A DNA stretch of 64,000 nucleotides from Patescibacteria group bacterium UBA1388 (GCA_002305355.1 DBQS01000036.1:15612-79611); one strand, 5' to 3'. Counted from the stretch's first letter, positions 1 through 9,437 are shown. Program-made: numbers and translations. Notes: generated by a model not told the origin, from the sequence alone.

Positions 1-107
1 TCAAGCATTTCGTGATCAGATTTGTCATTTAAATTTTGATCTTGATCCATTTTGGTTTGGGTTTTTTTCATGTGGTCTTTTTTCTGACTAGTCTGTTTTT
101 TTGACAT
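1..107 (-). CDS. 5' end of the gene downstream of secE, probably NusG with a charged N-terminal extension (runs off the window edge)
   Basis: ATG at 107 opens MSKKQTSQKKDHMKKTQTKMDQDQNLNDKSDHEML..., 11 nt after the secE stop. Identity is inferred only from conserved secE-nusG synteny. Confidence 0.5.
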   Translation of the reverse strand, partial: MSKKQTSQKKDHMKKTQTKMDQDQNLNDKSDHEML

Positions 108-118
108 AATTATTACTT

Positions 119-307
119 TTATCTTAATAACAAAGCTTGTGCAATGAGTTTTTGAAAGATGTAGTCAAGTGCTCCAATGTAAGCACCAATGATCAAACTA
201 ACGCCAACCACCAAAATGGTCATTTCAATGGTTTGATTTTTTGAAGGCCAAGTAACTTTTTTGAGCTCTCGTCCCACTTCACGAAAATAAGATCCTGGGT
301 TAAACAT
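119..307 (-). CDS. secE: Preprotein translocase subunit SecE
   Basis: ELKKVTWPSK motif followed by one TM helix (…GALDYIF). Confidence 0.95.
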   Translation of the reverse strand: MFNPGSYFREVGRELKKVTWPSKNQTIEMTILVVGVSLIIGAYIGALDYIFQKLIAQALLLR

Positions 308-505
308 AGAACCGATATTCTATCAAATACCTGAAATAATTGAAAGTTCCACATAATAACCGCCGCTTATTGGTGAAGTGTTGCGTCAACACTTTTAAGA
401 TCAAACATATAAAACTTAAAATAAAACCAAGCAAGACGCCTACGATGTTAAGCAATTACATCATGATAGAACGAGTATTGTTGGCAACACTCTCATGGAG
501 GAAAA

Positions 506-2650
506 CTAACTTTTGTTGTCTGGTTTTAACTCTTCAATTTCTGAAGGGTTGTTAATACCTCCCGTCACGCCATGATCACTAACAGAAGGTTTGAGCGGGG
601 GAGTTATCCCATGGCCGTGTGTTTGAGGAGGAGTTTGAGGAGGTTGCCAAGGAATGGTTGTTGAGCCGAATCTGTCTGGGTTCTCCCCTAGATCATCTAA
701 CCGATCATCGTGTGGGGAGAAAATACTAGCCAAAAATTTAAGTACAACCACAATCAGCATGATTACACCAATACCCACAATGATAAAAGGCAAGTAAGAC
801 ATAAAATCACGTTTTGGAAATTCTGGAGCAAAGCTAGTTGACTCAGCAGCATCGAAATCGATCTCTGGAGCAGACGTTTCAGGTGTTTGATCGCTACCGG
901 GGATTGCAGATCTGATGAAATCGGCAATATCTATAAAAAACCCTTGCACCGATCCTAAAATCATATCCAGCATGCTTTCCTCAATTTCTACTTCATCGTC
1001 TATTGATGGAGGGGTAGGCGTCATAGTTGGAATGGGGGTAGGAATTGGTTTAGATGAAGCGCTGGCAGATGGCGAAGGTGAAGCTGAAGGCTGCAAACTT
1101 GAACTGACCGTTGGTGTGGCAAGTGGAGCAGTTTGACGACTATTGGTTGTCGTTGTTGATGCAGTTAATCTACCGGCGGTGGCAGCAGTACATGTTGTGC
1201 TACTGGGATTAGTTGCAAGACGGCAGGCGCCGTTGTAGCAGCGCAAGTTGTTGGCGCAATCGGCGTTGGCAGCACAGCTAACATTACACCCTTCTCTGAT
1301 TTGGGTGGTTTGATTCTCACTTAAAGTAGGACAGGAGGGGTCCTCGACATTGTAAGGATCCCGACATCGATTGTACCAACAAGTCAAGTTGCCACTACAT
1401 TCATTGGTGTCAGCACAGTATTCATTGCACGTCCTATTTAATCCTTGATCTGGAGGATTGTGGCAGACCGAGCTATTGACGTTGGTTGCCAACCGGCAGC
1501 GCTTGCCATCAACACCTGTATCGTAGCAACGCTCATTAGTGGAGCAGTCGCTATTACTGTTACAACGTTCGTTGCAAGTGTCGCTGACTTCATCATTTTC
1601 ATCATCTTCGTCGTCTTCATCTTCATCTGCAAATCTGAGGGTAAAGCTATACTGGTTATCATTTTCGTTTGATTCATCAATAGCGTTTTGATGATCAAGA
1701 CTGACGGTGAATTTATTATCGCCATCTTTAACAACAAAAACTGTTTCTAAGTCTGTTTTGGTGGCGTTTTTGTCTCTGAGCAGCGTGCTATAGCTCAAGT
1801 TTGATTTACCAAGACCACTATCAGCAGCTTGCAACACAATTTCAATCGGAGTTGGGTCGGTGCTACGTTCGTCATAGATACTATTGTTAATTTCTGCCTG
1901 ATGTTTGACAATGTAAAAATTTCCTATCTTCAGATTATCGGCACTCACCAGTTCGTTGCTATCTTGGTTATAAAAGAGAAAACGATCAGCCAACGCACTG
2001 GTGTTGGCGTATAAGTTGTCCCTCTTATCAGCAGTGGTCGCTTTTCCTACTTGAACAGTAATCGGTGCCACATGAGTGAGCTCATCTTTTATCGGTTGAG
2101 AATCGTAAATGGGAGCTATTGAGCGCTCAGTGTCAAAATTGAAAGTAATTTCACCAGTCTTGGTGGGAGTGAATGTTACAACAGCAAAAGTGGTAGCAGC
2201 ACTTGTTGAAAAAGGTTTCTCAGGATTGGATGAAATTGCTTTTATTTCCGCAGTGAAACCATGTTGAACTCGATCAACCTCTGTAGATAAAACGAGTAAA
2301 CCATCTGCTTTTGCATCAATCTGTATTTGATCAGCCACTTCAGTCACCACATCAAATACTAGCTGCACACCGTTCACTCGTACTTGATTGGTATTGACCT
2401 TTAATTCAATTGCGACTTCTTTTCCTACCACAATCTCTTGTGGATAAGTTGCGCTCACCTTCACTTTCCCTTCAACCACTGAAGCTTCTTGGCGAATATC
2501 CTGCGATTCTTGGATTGATTTTTGCGAAACGACCATTGTCAACAACAACAAACCAGTCAATACCAGCACGCCAAGCATGGTGAGCATCGATGAAGTGCGC
2601 TGCAGCCAAGGAAGCTTGTTTTTTGATGGTGAGTTCAAGTGTTGAGACAT
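506..2650 (-). CDS. Membrane-anchored surface protein: N-terminal TM, cohesin-like beta domain, CARDB-like domain, 3 Cys-rich repeats, Ser/Thr/Pro linker, C-terminal TM
   Basis: QDIRQEAS after the N-terminal TM; VAIELKVNT...VNGVQLVF...FAVVTFTPTKTGEITFNF (cohesin-like); LDHQNAIDESNENDN (CARDB-like); CNxxCxxNxxCxxxxxCY repeats. Likely start ATG 2650 (ORF track 2677). Confidence 0.7.
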   Translation of the reverse strand: MSQHLNSPSKNKLPWLQRTSSMLTMLGVLVLTGLLLLTMVVSQKSIQESQDIRQEASVVEGKVKVSATYPQEIVVGKEVAIELKVNTNQVRVNGVQLVFDVVTEVADQIQIDAKADGLLVLSTEVDRVQHGFTAEIKAISSNPEKPFSTSAATTFAVVTFTPTKTGEITFNFDTERSIAPIYDSQPIKDELTHVAPITVQVGKATTADKRDNLYANTSALADRFLFYNQDSNELVSADNLKIGNFYIVKHQAEINNSIYDERSTDPTPIEIVLQAADSGLGKSNLSYSTLLRDKNATKTDLETVFVVKDGDNKFTVSLDHQNAIDESNENDNQYSFTLRFADEDEDDEDDENDEVSDTCNERCNSNSDCSTNERCYDTGVDGKRCRLATNVNSSVCHNPPDQGLNRTCNEYCADTNECSGNLTCWYNRCRDPYNVEDPSCPTLSENQTTQIREGCNVSCAANADCANNLRCYNGACRLATNPSSTTCTAATAGRLTASTTTTNSRQTAPLATPTVSSSLQPSASPSPSASASSKPIPTPIPTMTPTPPSIDDEVEIEESMLDMILGSVQGFFIDIADFIRSAIPGSDQTPETSAPEIDFDAAESTSFAPEFPKRDFMSYLPFIIVGIGVIMLIVVVLKFLASIFSPHDDRLDDLGENPDRFGSTTIPWQPPQTPPQTHGHGITPPLKPSVSDHGVTGGINNPSEIEELKPDNKS
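1190..1580 (-). repeat. Three tandem ~48-aa Cys-rich repeats (6 Cys each) inside the surface protein
   Basis: CNERCNSNSDCSTNERCY..CRLATN..C / CNEYCADTNECSGNLTCWYNRCR..C / CNVSCAANADCANNLRCYNGACRLATN..C. Confidence 0.85.
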
Positions 2651-2679
2651 AACTGCTTTATATTGCTTTAATAACAAAA

Positions 2680-3687
2680 TTATTTAAATGCGTTCACAAA
2701 AAGATTAAAATCCATTATATCCACTTTTTCGTCCTGATTGATATCTCCCCGCAAGCGGTAATACGACCCAGTGGCTCCATAATTGACAACTAAAATGTGA
2801 TAGTCAAACAAATCTACTAAACCGTCTTGATTGAAATCAGCGGGTGGAAGATTTGTTGGTGGGCAAGGTCTAAAGATACAATTGTTTTGGGGATCCCTGC
2901 TGACACTCGATCCATCGGGGCAAATTTTAACATCTGCTGCACAGACTATGTCTGACTCGCTTTCTGAAGTAAACGCTTCCACTTTGATATTTTTGAAAAA
3001 AATCTTGCTTCGTTCATCTGCAGATGTTAAAATCATATCTCCTTGATGGGAATATGGCTGACCAAGATTGCCTTTAAAAAAAGGAACTTCGTCAGCAGCA
3101 AAAAAAATCCATTCAGGATTAAGATTGACCGAGTCGTAGGTGCGCAATTCGTTTGTCCACCAAGTGTTGCTATCCTTATAGAAGTAGGCATAGAATCTCA
3201 TTTCTTGATCATTTTCTGTCCACGCTACTTCCAAAGTAGTGTAGTTTTGATCACCACTGGTGGGAGGGTCAGAATGGATTAAAAATTTATCAGTGTTACC
3301 CACAAATACTTCACCCTCTGACTCAATCATGAAACTATCAGCTTGAAGATAGGTATGCTCTGTTTTCCAGACGATGGGATTGTCTGTTTGGTATTGCACC
3401 GAATCAGGTGGTAATGTTTCAATCGTGGCAAAAGAATTTGATTCTGCAGCTAACTGTGAATCAGACTGAAAAGCAAGTTGTGGGGTATCATTTACAGCTT
3501 GTGAATCAATGAAAAATTGATGCAATGCTGCTGTGACCAGCATTGGTAGAAAGGCGGCGAGTAAAGCCAAGGTAATAAGTTGTTTAGGAGGTAATTGCCT
3601 AATTTTTTCGACAGCAACAAGAAATTTTGATTTAGAATGATTTAGTTTGGGTGTTGTGTCCATCGCAAAATCTTTGCTGTGCTTCAA
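2680..3687 (-). CDS. Exported protein with a small Cys motif and a C-terminal dockerin type I-like domain
   Basis: N-terminal TM; CAADVKICPDGSSVSRDPQNNCIFRPCP; paired Ca-loop motifs ADFNQDGLVDLFDY and GDINQDEKVDIMDF. Possible start ATG 3663. Confidence 0.75.
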   Translation of the reverse strand: MKHSKDFAMDTTPKLNHSKSKFLVAVEKIRQLPPKQLITLALLAAFLPMLVTAALHQFFIDSQAVNDTPQLAFQSDSQLAAESNSFATIETLPPDSVQYQTDNPIVWKTEHTYLQADSFMIESEGEVFVGNTDKFLIHSDPPTSGDQNYTTLEVAWTENDQEMRFYAYFYKDSNTWWTNELRTYDSVNLNPEWIFFAADEVPFFKGNLGQPYSHQGDMILTSADERSKIFFKNIKVEAFTSESESDIVCAADVKICPDGSSVSRDPQNNCIFRPCPPTNLPPADFNQDGLVDLFDYHILVVNYGATGSYYRLRGDINQDEKVDIMDFNLFVNAFK

Positions 3688-3810
3688 TCGGTTTAAATTT
3701 TAGCTACAATGAATCTAACATTAAAAACGCACGAGTCATAGCTACGAACCTAGCATCTAGCTTAACTCTTGAATCGAGCGGCTGTCAACATGAAATGATA
3801 AAAAATTGTT

Positions 3811-5136
3811 TTGAATAATAAAATGATCAGGGTTTATAAGTTGACACAATTAGAGAAAATCATTGTAGCTTGGTTGGTTTTAGGTTGGTCGTGGTTGGCG
3901 ACAGTAGGTTGGGTAATTGGCCTAACTGGTTTTGATTTGATTCCAGAGTTAGTGCGCGTTACATCATTTTATATTTGGAGTGAGGGGTTGATGGTGCTGA
4001 CTTTGTTGGACTGGTTGGGGCGTGTTGGGAAAACCGTCAGCTTTCCACACTTGGACAGATCAGGCAAATTATTGGGCTTGGCATTGATGATGCACCTGGG
4101 GTGGATTGCCATCACTGCGGTGTTGGGTGAAAACCCGGCCCAGAGTTTTTGGGGAAATTATTATCGACAGGACGGTTTGTTGACGCTGGCTCATCTAGCA
4201 ATGTGGGTAGTGATGATTGGCTTGTGGTGGCGAGAAATTTGGGGCCAGTGGTTATGGTTGCTGATTGCTCTAAGTGGAATAGTTTTATCACTTGGTTTGG
4301 TGTTGATGCATGTTTGGCAATGGGCAATGGTGATGGGGGGTTGGCCAGAAAGGGTAATCCAAAGTTCATTGCTGATGACTGGCGGTTTTGGTCACCCGGC
4401 TTACTTGGCGGGCTTTTTGGTGTTAACTTTGCCTTTTATTTGGTTTTTGCCTAATTTGCTTGCTAGGTCTGGTGAGTTTGAAAAGGGTTATGAGGGGCGG
4501 CGGCGGGAGTGGCTCAGGGGGGTGGGGTTGGTCAGCGCCGCCGCCGCCATCATCTTGACTCAATCAACAGGTGCTACGCTGGCCTTGGTCATTTTTTTTG
4601 GAATGACATTATTTGCATCCTTTCGTCGTCGAGCCTTGAGAATAGAGATTATTGTTTTGATCGGCGTGGCAGTCTTCGTCACCTCAACCTGGATCTATGT
4701 TTCACAACTTAATTCTTATGAAGGTAGGCCAAGAATTTTCCATAACCTGTGGTCAGCCAGTCAGCAACGACCAATTATTGGTTGGGGCTGGGCAAATATT
4801 GACTCAGCTTTTAAAAATGTAGAGTGGCCATATCCAGTGCAATTTGATGTTTATTTGGATAAAGCCCATTCTCACATGTTGGAAATATTGGTAGCAACGG
4901 GTTGGCCAGGACTAATAATCTACTTGGCTTTTATAAGTATCTTGTTGCTCATAGCTTTCAGTAAATACAAGAAAATAACACTTAAAAAAAGATCAACAAA
5001 CCAATATTATTTGGCAATACTGATGTGTTTGGTACTGTATATCTTTCACTCCCAAACAAATGTCATCTCAATTATGGAAGAAATAATCTTCTGGTTTTGT
5101 GTGGGTCTGGTGATTGACTCAACAAAAGTTATTTGA
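3811..5136 (+). CDS. O-antigen ligase (Wzy_C) / O-oligosaccharyltransferase family membrane protein
   Basis: Many TM helices; GGFGHPAYLAG, LTQSTG, RPIIGWG, DKAHSHMLEILVATGWPG. Confidence 0.85.
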   Translation: MNNKMIRVYKLTQLEKIIVAWLVLGWSWLATVGWVIGLTGFDLIPELVRVTSFYIWSEGLMVLTLLDWLGRVGKTVSFPHLDRSGKLLGLALMMHLGWIAITAVLGENPAQSFWGNYYRQDGLLTLAHLAMWVVMIGLWWREIWGQWLWLLIALSGIVLSLGLVLMHVWQWAMVMGGWPERVIQSSLLMTGGFGHPAYLAGFLVLTLPFIWFLPNLLARSGEFEKGYEGRRREWLRGVGLVSAAAAIILTQSTGATLALVIFFGMTLFASFRRRALRIEIIVLIGVAVFVTSTWIYVSQLNSYEGRPRIFHNLWSASQQRPIIGWGWANIDSAFKNVEWPYPVQFDVYLDKAHSHMLEILVATGWPGLIIYLAFISILLLIAFSKYKKITLKKRSTNQYYLAILMCLVLYIFHSQTNVISIMEEIIFWFCVGLVIDSTKVI

Positions 5137-5147
5137 ACTGTTCGTCA

Positions 5148-6983
5148 CTACGAGGCATTACGAAAGATAACTACCCAAGCATTAAAATCAAGGATATCAA
5201 TCCGACCATTGTTATCCATGTCTGAAGAGGTAAATCCCGGATTACCGGTTCTACCGTACTCGCTAACAAAAACATTAAAGTCCAGAAGATTGATGATGTT
5301 GTCTTGATTGAAGTCGCCTCTCAATGTGTTGCCGGTTGAGCAAGTTGCCGTTCGAATTGAACGGGTTGGGCTTGAGCTAAAGCCATTCCATAAATTAACA
5401 TAGTATTGAGTATTTTCAGATAAATTTAGGGCAGGTTGATTGGATTGGGGTAAAAAATTGGCTGGAGCAATTATTTGAAAATATTGACTTGAGTTGTTAG
5501 CGGTGACTAGATCAACTTTCTTAATGGTGCTGCTCCAAAATTTATCGAAAGTTGGGTTTTTGCTAATATTAGCGACAGACACAGCTTGTTGGTAATTTGC
5601 TGGCCACTGAATTCTAATAATCGGCTGTCGGCCATTTTGTGTGGTGATACAGCTTGAACTAAGAGTAGGGGCTGATGGGGTCAGAGGGGTTTGTAGAAAA
5701 TTGGCAAATTCCCGATTGATCTGATTAATACTGACTCGGTTAAAAGCATTTCCTCCGGGTTCAAAATAATGTCTCATAATTGAGTTTTCAGATGAGCGGT
5801 AAAGGTTGGGGTAATAACAACCAGCTAAGCAATCCGTTCCATCAATATTTTCCCATTTTGGACAGCTGGCTACATCGCAGTTGGCTCTTGATAGGACGAA
5901 TTGTGTGTTCGAAGAAGCATGATGATCTACTAAATATTCATCTGCCAACCTACCGAATGCATGACCAAGCTCATGAACAGCTATAGATAGATAGTCCACG
6001 TCAGTCGAGACTATAGCGATTCTGTCGTAAGCAGTGCCAGCTGGTTGATTGGAATCGTAAAGTACGATGACGTTATCAACCCAAACGTATTTAAGCAACT
6101 GTACTAAAGCAGTCCGATTACACTCGATAAGAGTTTGTCCAACATATGGAATATTACAGTTAATTGATTGGGTGAATATCTTCTTGATTTTAATATCATT
6201 TCTATGCTGATTGAATGGTTTGTAGGTTAACAAATGTTGCAAGATATGATTCACATGTTGATCAAATTTTGCTCTATCTGTGTAGTTGGAGCTAACGAAA
6301 ACGAAATCAATTTGCCCGTTATAAAATGAAATATTATTTGAGTAGTTATTTTGTGTAACACCCAATACTTGTTGATCGGGATCGTCTAGGGCAAAATCTG
6401 AAGAATTCAAATCTACTGACTCAATGATTAACTCATCTTCATTGATTATGGTTGTGGGTTCGGAGGGTGACGACAAGAGTTGAGCATTAATGAGCGGAAT
6501 GATTTCTCCTGTTTCAGTTTTCCTGATCTGCAGTTGAGCTTTCGGCCACACCTTAAAAGCAATCGTCAGACTATCCTTAAGTTGACCCCCAGACCTATCA
6601 CCATCATAGTAAATTGTAAAATTAAGAGGAATGGAGTCGACAATCTCTTCTCCAACTATCTGATCTAGAATAAGTTCTGGGTTAGGTTGAGTGATAAGTG
6701 GTAAATTCATTCCTTCAAATTTTTCTACGCTTTCCAAAATAATTTTGTCATCTTGATAGGTTAAGTTGGCTAGAACAAAAATTGGCTCCTGATTTGTCGT
6801 CGCTTGACTGCGAATATCTTGAGTGCCAGGTTCCTGATCTTGAGCATTAGGTTGTTGCTCTTGGATTAAACCCAACTGCGATACCATAGGTTTAGCAGTG
6901 TAAAATAAAACACCGATTAAACTCATAAAGAGGAGAATTGTTTTAATATTAGAATAGTGATGTTGTGTTTGATGAACCAACAT
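5148..6983 (-). CDS. Exported M64 (IgA peptidase-like) zinc metallopeptidase with C-terminal dockerin
   Basis: AVHELGHAFGRLADEY zinc motif; YRSSENSIMR Met-turn; two dockerin loops GDFNQDNIINLLDF and SDMDNNGRIDILDF. Confidence 0.8.
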   Translation of the reverse strand: MLVHQTQHHYSNIKTILLFMSLIGVLFYTAKPMVSQLGLIQEQQPNAQDQEPGTQDIRSQATTNQEPIFVLANLTYQDDKIILESVEKFEGMNLPLITQPNPELILDQIVGEEIVDSIPLNFTIYYDGDRSGGQLKDSLTIAFKVWPKAQLQIRKTETGEIIPLINAQLLSSPSEPTTIINEDELIIESVDLNSSDFALDDPDQQVLGVTQNNYSNNISFYNGQIDFVFVSSNYTDRAKFDQHVNHILQHLLTYKPFNQHRNDIKIKKIFTQSINCNIPYVGQTLIECNRTALVQLLKYVWVDNVIVLYDSNQPAGTAYDRIAIVSTDVDYLSIAVHELGHAFGRLADEYLVDHHASSNTQFVLSRANCDVASCPKWENIDGTDCLAGCYYPNLYRSSENSIMRHYFEPGGNAFNRVSINQINREFANFLQTPLTPSAPTLSSSCITTQNGRQPIIRIQWPANYQQAVSVANISKNPTFDKFWSSTIKKVDLVTANNSSQYFQIIAPANFLPQSNQPALNLSENTQYYVNLWNGFSSSPTRSIRTATCSTGNTLRGDFNQDNIINLLDFNVFVSEYGRTGNPGFTSSDMDNNGRIDILDFNAWVVIFRNAS

Positions 6984-7105
6984 ATAGTAATTTGATTTAC
7001 CACAGCTGAGTTAAGTCAGTATAGATCAATTTTTGAATGCGGTATACTATTTCGGTACGTAGGATATAAAACTAAATACTATTCGTAATACACGATGGGA
7101 GGCAA

Positions 7106-7996
7106 ATGACAGAGAGTATTGTTCGTAAAGCTATCATTACCGACGCTGGGTTTGCCAGTAGGTACTTACCCATTACTAAGACTATTCCCAAAGCGATGTT
7201 GCCGCTTGGCAACAAACCAGTCATGCAGTTCATGGTGGAGGAGTGTACACAGGCTGGAATCCAGGAAATTATTATTGTGGCCACCCCAGAGGGTAAACCA
7301 ATTTATGAGGATTATTTCCATAATAGTGTAATTCGGATCAAGAAGCAGCTTGAGTCGCAAGGTAAATTGGATCGTTACGAGCCTGTACAGCGAGTATTAG
7401 ACTTCCCTAAAATTACCATCATCACTCAAGACCCAAGCTTGCCATATGGTAATGGTTCACCAGTCGCATCTGCTCAAAAATTTGTCGAGGGAGAAGAAGC
7501 ATTTTTGGTAATGTACAGTGATGATGTGGTTTATGGCGAACATGGTGATGCCAAGGCATTGGTTGACTTATTTGCTGCTCGAAAAGATGCCGATGCGATT
7601 ATTATGGCTCAAGAGGTGAGCTCGGAAGTTGTTGACAAGTATGGCATTATTTCTTTTAAAGATGGCACCGATAATCAACTTGATAACATTATTGAAAAAC
7701 CAGAAGTTGGTCAAGCTCCTTCCACGCTGGCTTCTTATGGCCGTTACCTGTTGAAACCCTCAATATTTGATCATCTGGTGCCGAAGTATACGGGCAAAGA
7801 CGGTGAGTTGTGGACAGTTGATGCGATCACTAAAATTGCTGAGTCAGGAACAGTGTTGGTAGAAAAAACTAAAGGCCAATGGCTTACAACCGGCGATCCG
7901 GAAAATTATTTTAGAGCTTATTTGGAATTTGTGATCAAGTTTGAAAAATATGGTCACAAAATACCGGCGTGGTTAGAAGAAATTGGTGGAGTTTGA
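7106..7996 (+). CDS. galU: UTP--glucose-1-phosphate uridylyltransferase (GalU-like nucleotidyltransferase)
   Basis: KAIITDAGFASRYLPITKTIPKAMLP; IIEKP; GRYLL; GELWTVDAI. Confidence 0.8.
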   Translation: MTESIVRKAIITDAGFASRYLPITKTIPKAMLPLGNKPVMQFMVEECTQAGIQEIIIVATPEGKPIYEDYFHNSVIRIKKQLESQGKLDRYEPVQRVLDFPKITIITQDPSLPYGNGSPVASAQKFVEGEEAFLVMYSDDVVYGEHGDAKALVDLFAARKDADAIIMAQEVSSEVVDKYGIISFKDGTDNQLDNIIEKPEVGQAPSTLASYGRYLLKPSIFDHLVPKYTGKDGELWTVDAITKIAESGTVLVEKTKGQWLTTGDPENYFRAYLEFVIKFEKYGHKIPAWLEEIGGV

Positions 7997-8064
7997 CACT
8001 CCAGCAAGAACATAATCGTTCGCTTCAATTCTGAATTTAGGTCTAATTAAAGACTTATCGCCAA

Positions 8065-8073
8065 TGATATAAT
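8065..8073 (+). promoter_or_regulatory. Extended -10 promoter (TGnTATAAT) for the 6S-like RNA
   Basis: TGATATAAT lies about 7 nt upstream of the long hairpin. Confidence 0.65.
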
Positions 8074-8080
8074 GAGTTCA

Positions 8081-8243
8081 GCAGGGATCGTTAACAATCG
8101 GGTGTGGGAGATGCAGATGTTTTCCTGAACACCTCGTATACGGGCGATAGACTGTCTGAGTGCGTCGTGGCGCACGCAGCTTCTTACCCACTTTGTATTT
8201 GCGGGGAATTGCGTCTCTCACATTCGGCGGTTAGACAATCTGA
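8081..8243 (+). ncRNA. ssrS: 6S RNA-like rod-shaped ncRNA
   Basis: CGGGTGTGGGAGATGCA (8099-8115) pairs with TGCGTCTCTCACATTCG (8210-8226) using G-U pairs. There is a central unpaired bubble (8128-8141 / 8190-8200), an apical GTGCG/CGCAC stem, a length of ~165 nt and its own promoter. Confidence 0.7.
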
Positions 8244-8325
8244 AGAGTTCTTCAGAGTGGGGTTTGGTATGTAGTTTGGCGTGATTGTTACCACGTTTGA
8301 CATTGTGATGTTAGGAACATATTAA

Positions 8326-8401
8326 GCCTTCGTAGCTCAGGTGGCAGAGCGCTTTCTTGGTAAGAAAGAGGTCTCGGGTCCGACTCCCGACGAAGGCTCC
8401 A
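8326..8401 (+). tRNA. tRNA-Thr(GGT)
   Basis: GCCTTCG/CGAAGGC acceptor stem; CTTTC-TTGGTAA-GAAAG anticodon arm; encoded CCA. Confidence 0.95.
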
Positions 8402-8852
8402 AAGAAGATGGTGGAGTTGATTGGAGTTTAGTTGCCGGCAAAATATTTCTTCACAAACTTGGAGGGTTGTGGATTTTACTTCCGACCAAATCTTCAGCTT
8501 CCATAATTTTTGTTTTTCTAACGGACAAAACTCATTTGAAAAGTGGAACGTTTTGCACATATTATTGAAAACATATTAGTTTTTAGACAACTCAGTATTA
8601 TTTAGACAAGTCAGTTTTTGGTCGATCTAATGTAGCAGATCTCCAAAATTATTCACTGGAAACAAACTTGTCACGCATGGCAAATAAAAGTGGTTAACAA
8701 AAACAATTAACCCGCGCAGTGGCAAAACTTGGATCATTGATCAATAAATTTATACTCAGCCATTATTTTCACAGACCATCCCCCCATGCGAAGAGGATAT
8801 CTAATGTAGTACAATATGACTTCGGCTGATATTTTATTACCAGTCCAAAGGT

Positions 8853-8935
8853 GCCAGGTTACCCAAGCGGTCAACGGGGGCAGACTGTAAATCTGCTGGC
8901 TTACGCCTTCAGAGGTTCGAATCCTTTACCTGGCA
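8853..8935 (+). tRNA. tRNA-Tyr(GTA)
   Basis: GCCAGGT/ACCTGGC acceptor; GCAGA-CTGTAAA-TCTGC; long variable arm; GGTTCGAATCC. Confidence 0.95.
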
Positions 8936-8956
8936 CTTTTTTAGTGGACAAAAAAT

Positions 8957-9331
8957 ATGCATTTGAATTTTGAAGAATCACCATATTTATTTAACAGGTA
9001 TTCTTCTCAAACTCGCCCTAATACGGAGCTGACTGGCTCGACATTTCGGGAAGATTGGGAAACTGATTATCCCATGGCGGGTTGTGTCTTAAATCACACT
9101 GATCCTCTTACAATCATTTCAGCTGCTCAAAAAAACGGGATTGCTTTTAACTTTGAACAATTTTTACACGCGATGCAATGGGACCCAATGACTCCTTTTG
9201 TCGTTGATTTTAATGGTGGAAGAGTGAAATATTCCAATTTTCTAGAGGTGGTTGGGGTACTCAATCGGTTGCATGCATTAACACATCCCTTCCCGAAATT
9301 AAATCAAAAACAAAGCAGAATTAGCCAATAA
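8957..9331 (+). CDS. Hypothetical protein between tRNA genes
   Basis: 124-aa ORF with ATG start; no recognisable motif. Confidence 0.5.
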   Translation: MHLNFEESPYLFNRYSSQTRPNTELTGSTFREDWETDYPMAGCVLNHTDPLTIISAAQKNGIAFNFEQFLHAMQWDPMTPFVVDFNGGRVKYSNFLEVVGVLNRLHALTHPFPKLNQKQSRISQ

Positions 9332-9363
9332 CTAGCCTTTAAATGATACAATACATGGGTAGA

Positions 9364-9437
9364 GCCACCTTAGCTCAGTTGGTCAGAGCGACGGTTTTGT
9401 AAACCGTAGGTCTAGGGTTCGAGTCCCTAAGGTGGCT
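9364..9437 (+). tRNA. tRNA-Thr(TGT)
   Basis: GCCACCT/AGGTGGC acceptor; ACGGT-TTTGTAA-ACCGT; GGTTCGAGTCC. Confidence 0.95.

Noticed and set aside
8288-8568. ORFs 8341..8568 (+) and 8288..8560 (-)
   Set aside because: They overlap tRNA-Thr(GGT) and are translations of tRNA sequence.
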